Shown here: piece by piece, positions 10,001-14,051 of the stretch
How positions within the stretch are numbered: position 1 is the first letter of the stretch
Layout: every line of letters begins with the position of its first letter
Assembly: GCA_905329745.1 (NCBI GenBank)
Contig: CAJNSZ010000152.1
Span: forward strand, 138,157-152,207
Source: Rotaria sp.
Lineage: Eukaryota
Direction of reading: 5' to 3'
DNA: 14,051 bases
Program-made: the position numbers and the translations under genes
The notes under the pieces: model-generated
Databases searched by the model: none
Told to the model about the DNA's origin: nothing
Seen by the model: only the letters and a program-made list of their open reading frames with translations

Positions 10001-13000
10001 ACTGAATTCCTGTGATTTCTAAAGATATTCTATCACTCTGAGAGTAGAGTCAGTGGTCACAGGATAGGGTCGCATACAATGTGGTCCATGCTAACTTAGC
10101 ACGCCTATATTTTCTCCTTGCAATTTAGTGATAAAAAACACAGTGAATATACCTTTTCACTGTTTGAAGTACACATAACACTCGGATTTAAATCCGAGGT
10201 TTTCGCATTTATTCTTTATAATTTTGCTTTTTATTTTTCAAATTTTAATTTAGTTAACTTTATTCATTGGTTCAATGAATAAAATAGCACCGATTGTAAC
10301 CATATTTTTTCTTCTTGCTTATTTTGCGGTTAATTTATCCTGTTTGGCACTTGATTTAGCATCAGCACCTAATTTTCGACCAACATTTAAATATTTTTCA
10401 TGGCATACAGCTTTAATAGGTGCTGTTGGATCAATTATAATGTGTTTTATTGTATCTGCTGCTTATGCTGCTATAGCTATTGGAATTTTAATTGGTTTTA
10501 TTTGTATGCTACATTTAAGAGATTTTCCCAGAGCTTCATGGGGTTCGATTTCACAAGCTCTTATATTTCATCAGGTTAATATTAAATTTATCAAAATGTT
10601 TTATTTATTTTATTTTAATTTTTAGGTTAGAAAATATCTTCTTTTACTTGATCCACGTAAAGAACATGTTAAATTTTGGCGACCACAAATGTTATTACTT
10701 GTTGCTAATCCACGTTCATCAATAAATTTAATTGATTTTGTTAATGATATGAAAAAAGGTGGTCTTTTTATATTAGGTCATGTTAAAACAGGTCACATGA
10801 CTCATGGATCGAATGATATTTGTTCACAAGAATATCCATATTGGGTTTCATTAATAGATAATATGAAAATCAAAGCATTTGTTGATATGACATTAGCACC
10901 AACTATACGTGATGGTGTATTACAATTAATGCGACTATCAGGATTAGGTATTTTAAAAAAATAAACAAAACTAATTAAAATTAGAAAGTTTTCATGTTAA
11001 GATTGTGAGGAAGTCAATATGAGTGTTATTAGTTTTTGAAAAAATTGTTGGAAATAATAAGGAAATGAATAGCTACTGTTGAAAGGCAGCAGCGTAATCA
11101 GAATTTTTAGACTAATGTATAAGGCTTTTATTGATAGGCCGAAAATGAAATGAGATTCTTTTAATCAAACTCAGATTTTAATCCTGAGTCACGTATGTTT
11201 TAGTCTATTTCTAATATCTCTGTTTATAACATTTATATTTCAAATTCAAACACCCAAATTTCCTATGAACTAGGTCATTTCACATTTTGGTTTTTTTCCT
11301 TTCCCTTCTATGCGTCATTCTCTCTCTTAATATATATATATATATCTACACATATATATATTCGTGTGTGTTGTTGTTTCTCTTTTCTTTGATCCGTCCT
11401 TCTCTCCCTTTATGTGATTAGTACTTTCTCAGAAAAAAAAATCACACACACGTTCACCCAAACTTACAGTTCAAATTCTTAATTTTTCACAGAAAGAACA
11501 AGCAAAGAGTGCATGTGTGACTCAGAGGGAAGAAAAAAGATACAATTACCATCTAATTCAAAATAAATAAACAATTCAGAAAAAGTAAAATTACAACGAG
11601 CAAATCTTCAAATGAAATGGGCAATTACCCATTTACCTTCCCATTGGTTACACTATTGTTGAAAGAATAACTATAGAGTTCTTGGTTCGTCGAAGAGAAA
11701 TGTTACTTTCTTGACCTTCGTGATAAATAAAACACTTGCTAATAAGTGGCAAGAAAAATTCTCTAGGGATAGGAGAATTCGTCGAGATGTGTAAGTGAGA
11801 GATCTTTTGTGTATCCTTGCTCATACTTACCCATCCTCAGATGTTCCCTTCAAATATGTTATGCGCCGAATGGTCCTAGCACTTTTTCTTCTAGAAAAAC
11901 TTCTCTTAATAATAATAATGTAATTAAGAATGCAATGAATTTCGCTTGAATATGATGTTTCTATACTGTAGTAAAAGAAAATAGATTATTGAGAATAGAA
12001 AGTGAAAGTAATTGTGATATAAATTTAATATATAAGAAATAATAGAATTTTTATTATATAAATAACAAACGCGTTTGATTAAAATCTATTTAAAGATAGA
12101 TAGATGAATTAAGATTAGTATCAAAATAGACATCGTATTATTAACTTTTTAGATTCTAGCGAAAAATGTGACTTTTATACAAAAGCAATACTTTTCAAAA
12201 TTATTTATTAGATTTCACTATTTCATTACGGGGGGTTCGTATAATTATATAAATGCAGAATTGTAAAATAAATTTTATTTATCGTATTTCTTCTCTGTTA
12301 CTTTTGTCATGAGAATGTTCTCTTCTCATCTAACTCATACTATTATCATGTGCATCACTATGAATATAGATCAAGAGAAAAACAAGAAGTTTCAGATATG
12401 AAAGTTTACTAGAGTCCATAAAATCTTTTGGTCAAATGTCTTTCAAAATGTTATGAAATCAAACACCTTTTCGGAATATCGTATAATGTCTAAAAAATCG
12501 ATAAAGTTCTTATTACTGTTAGATTTTATTTAACAAATATTATAATGCAGGATTTCGAGTGTACTCCTTCGAACCTCTCTAAAAATTTTCATTGACATTT
12601 GCCACATAGTATTCAAATGTAAACGAGAGTTATGTTTTATCGGTAAAGAAAATTTTAGAAGATGGTCATTTTACTTAATTTCAAAATACGTTAAGATTAA
12701 AATGAGTATCTTTTAAGTAATTAAATTTATTGAAAGAAATTTTGTATTTTCTTTTACTAGGTGGTCTTCGTCCAAATACAGTTATTCTTGGTTTTTATGA
12801 TAGTGCTTTACCAGAAGATAAATTACGTAATCGTTCATTTTTTAAAAAACGTTGGCTTAAATCAACTACTCCTGCCAATTTAATGACTGCACCTACATTT
12901 CATCAACAACCAATAATTCAATCTGGTGTAATGGAAGGTGCTAGTACAATAACATTAAATTCATTTAATAGTTTAACAACAATAAATGGTAATGATATGT

Positions 13001-13241
13001 ATCCAATATTTAATTTTGGAGGTAAGAAATATTTATTATTTTTTTTTGCTTTCTATGATTCATTAATTTAGAATTACGTCAAGAAAATGAAGACAAAGAC
13101 CTTGATGTTTATTCATATGTACAAATAATAAAAGATGCACTTTATCTTAATAAAAGTATTTGTCTTGCTCGAAATTTTCATCAATTACAGAAAGATGATA
13201 TGGAATTAAATAAACGAAAAGTTTTCGTAGATATTTGGCCA
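6399..13241 (+). CDS. SLC12A9: SLC12A9-like cation-chloride cotransporter family protein, 9 exons, 3' end beyond window; join(6399..7023,7081..7503,8407..8518,8591..8748,9201..9286,10254..10574,10626..10947,12761..13021,13072..13241)
   Basis: Translated exons follow the remembered vertebrate SLC12A9 sequence in order: [196 protein letters not shown]. All junctions GT-AG and in phase, total 2478 nt. Confidence 0.93.
7081..7503 (+). CDS. SLC12A9: SLC12A9-like exon 2
   Basis: tgtttttaag|GT AAA GCA...; [23 protein letters not shown]...[31 protein letters not shown]; donor g|gtaaaa. Confidence 0.93.
7781..7837 (+). repeat. Diverged dispersed repeat, copy B (inside SLC12A9-like intron 2)
   Basis: tataggcatttgactagaattttagtttctggcgtagtatataccaataaatcgaat; see copy A. 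Confidence 0.65.
7859..7931. repeat. Hairpin with 18-bp perfect stem (7859..7876 / 7914..7931)
   Basis: aaattaaagtcccaaaaa ... tttttgggactttaattt, exact reverse complements, 37-nt spacer. Confidence 0.9.
8407..8518 (+). CDS. SLC12A9: SLC12A9-like exon 3
   Basis: tttttttaag|GAGAATTAAAACGACC = [38 protein letters not shown]; donor cg|gttagt. Not in the ORF track. Confidence 0.9.
8591..8748 (+). CDS. SLC12A9: SLC12A9-like exon 4
   Basis: attattttag|ATTTACATTAAC = [54 protein letters not shown]; donor g|gtatga. Not in the ORF track. Confidence 0.9.
9201..9286 (+). CDS. SLC12A9: SLC12A9-like exon 5
   Basis: atttatttag|GACCAGTACTCAG = [29 protein letters not shown]; donor cag|gtaagt. Not in the ORF track. 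Confidence 0.9.
9327..9349. repeat. Short stem-loop, 9-bp perfect stem, 5-nt loop
   Basis: gtgtactca aaaag tgagtacac. Confidence 0.85.
10140..10163. repeat. Short inverted repeat, 8-bp stem
   Basis: acagtgaa tatacctt ttcactgt. Confidence 0.8.
10181..10198. repeat. 18-bp perfect palindrome
   Basis: ctcggatttaaatccgag equals its own reverse complement. Confidence 0.9.
10254..10574 (+). CDS. SLC12A9: SLC12A9-like exon 6
   Basis: ttttaatttag|TTAACTTTATTC; [45 protein letters not shown]...SQALIFHQ; donor cag|gttaat. Confidence 0.93.
10626..10947 (+). CDS. SLC12A9: SLC12A9-like exon 7
   Basis: aatttttag|GTTAGAAAATAT = [32 protein letters not shown]...LMRLSGLG; donor g|gtattt. Confidence 0.92.
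11330..11360. repeat. AT dinucleotide microsatellite with short interruption
   Basis: atatatatatatatatctacacatatatata. Confidence 0.8.
12761..13021 (+). CDS. SLC12A9: SLC12A9-like exon 8
   Basis: cttttactag|GTGGTCTTCGTCC = [22 protein letters not shown]...NFGG; donor g|gtaaga. Confidence 0.9.
13072..13241 (+). CDS. SLC12A9: SLC12A9-like exon 9
   Basis: attaatttag|AATTACGTCAAG = [57 protein letters not shown]; donor cca|gtaagt. Next exon lies outside the window. Confidence 0.85.
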
Positions 13242-14051
13242 GTAAGTTTATACTTAGTAAACAACTAATTGACATCTTATTTGTATCTATAAAGTTTATT
13301 CGAAAGTTTTTTGTAAATTTTAATCTAAAAGCAGCATTTGATATATAGATATATACAAGATAGAAATTCGCATTTCCTTTCCTCACAGATCGTGATAAAC
13401 ATTGTTGATATACAATTCAAGATCGTAAACTAGTGGTAAAAAGTTTAGAGATGTAGCATTTTGGTTTCTTTTTTCTTAACGATAATAGCTAGAATGAATA
13501 AGGAGAAAGGATTTCTAAACACAAGAAAATATCTCCGAGCCACCTTCCGCAAACTGCACTAATTTTATAAAAGCTGTTAAATTTTCATTACAAAATCAGA
13601 AAGTAGATTTGTAGACCTATTCCACAATGATCATCGTTTGCTAAAGATAGGTCATGATGAGTTCGTAGGCATCAAAATATTTTCTCTATCAAATGAGCTT
13701 GTTTACAAAACATTTTTGATCGAATCTTGAAAACTATTGTTCTTGGAAGTCTTGGTTTTTCCAGAGATCTTTCGTTCAAATGGGCTGAAATTTGGAGCAC
13801 ATGTTGGGGCTGAAGTGGGAAGGCTGTGGTAAAATTTTCAGCTCGATATCCCGACGTTTGACAGAGATATGAACCAAAACAAGGGTCAAAAATAGCTCAT
13901 TTTCGTTCCAAGATTTCTCGGTCCGGGCTCTGTCAACATATTTAAATTCTTTTTTTTGTTTGAAAGAGCATCTAAGGATGCAGGGCAATATAGAGTCCTT
14001 TTTCTTAAATTCTTACTTTTTTTGCGGAGAAAGGGGCTCACAAGTTCAATG

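Noticed and set aside
13147-13386. Minus-strand ORF, 79 aa
   Set aside because: Antisense over exon 9 and adjacent intron; no motif.
13776-13988. Minus-strand ORF, 70 aa
   Set aside because: Falls in repeat-like intronic sequence; no recognisable domain.
1-14051. CRISPR array, tRNA/rRNA genes, operon or prokaryotic defence cassette
   Set aside because: No regularly spaced direct repeats, no tRNA-like cloverleaf noticed by eye, and the two real genes are intron-containing eukaryotic genes.

Overview
AT-rich eukaryotic, animal-like genomic window with short introns, AT-rich spacers and degenerate repeats. Compact GT-AG introns, codon usage and repeat style suggest an invertebrate, possibly a bdelloid rotifer; this is inference. 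There are two supported protein-coding genes. (1) On the minus strand, 2344..969, a complete two-exon gene encodes a predicted 433-aa tocopherol cyclase-like protein (VTE1/Tocopherol_cycl family). It has an unannotated first exon at 2344..2236, a 74-bp intron, and hydrophobic segments at both termini. (2) On the plus strand, 6399..13241, nine exons encode an SLC12A9-like cation-chloride cotransporter family protein. The reading frame stays open across all splices (2478 nt, 826 codons) and the gene runs off the right edge. The start codon directly abuts a perfect 3' splice acceptor, suggesting cis- or trans-splicing of the leader. The 4-kb intergenic space and the long introns carry repeat structures. 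These include a foldback of about 1.1 kb (3186..4282) whose left arm is interrupted by about 620 bp, an 18-bp perfect stem hairpin, an 18-bp perfect palindrome, and a diverged repeat shared between the intergenic region and an intron. I found no evidence of CRISPR arrays, rRNA/tRNA genes, operons or a prokaryotic defence-type system.
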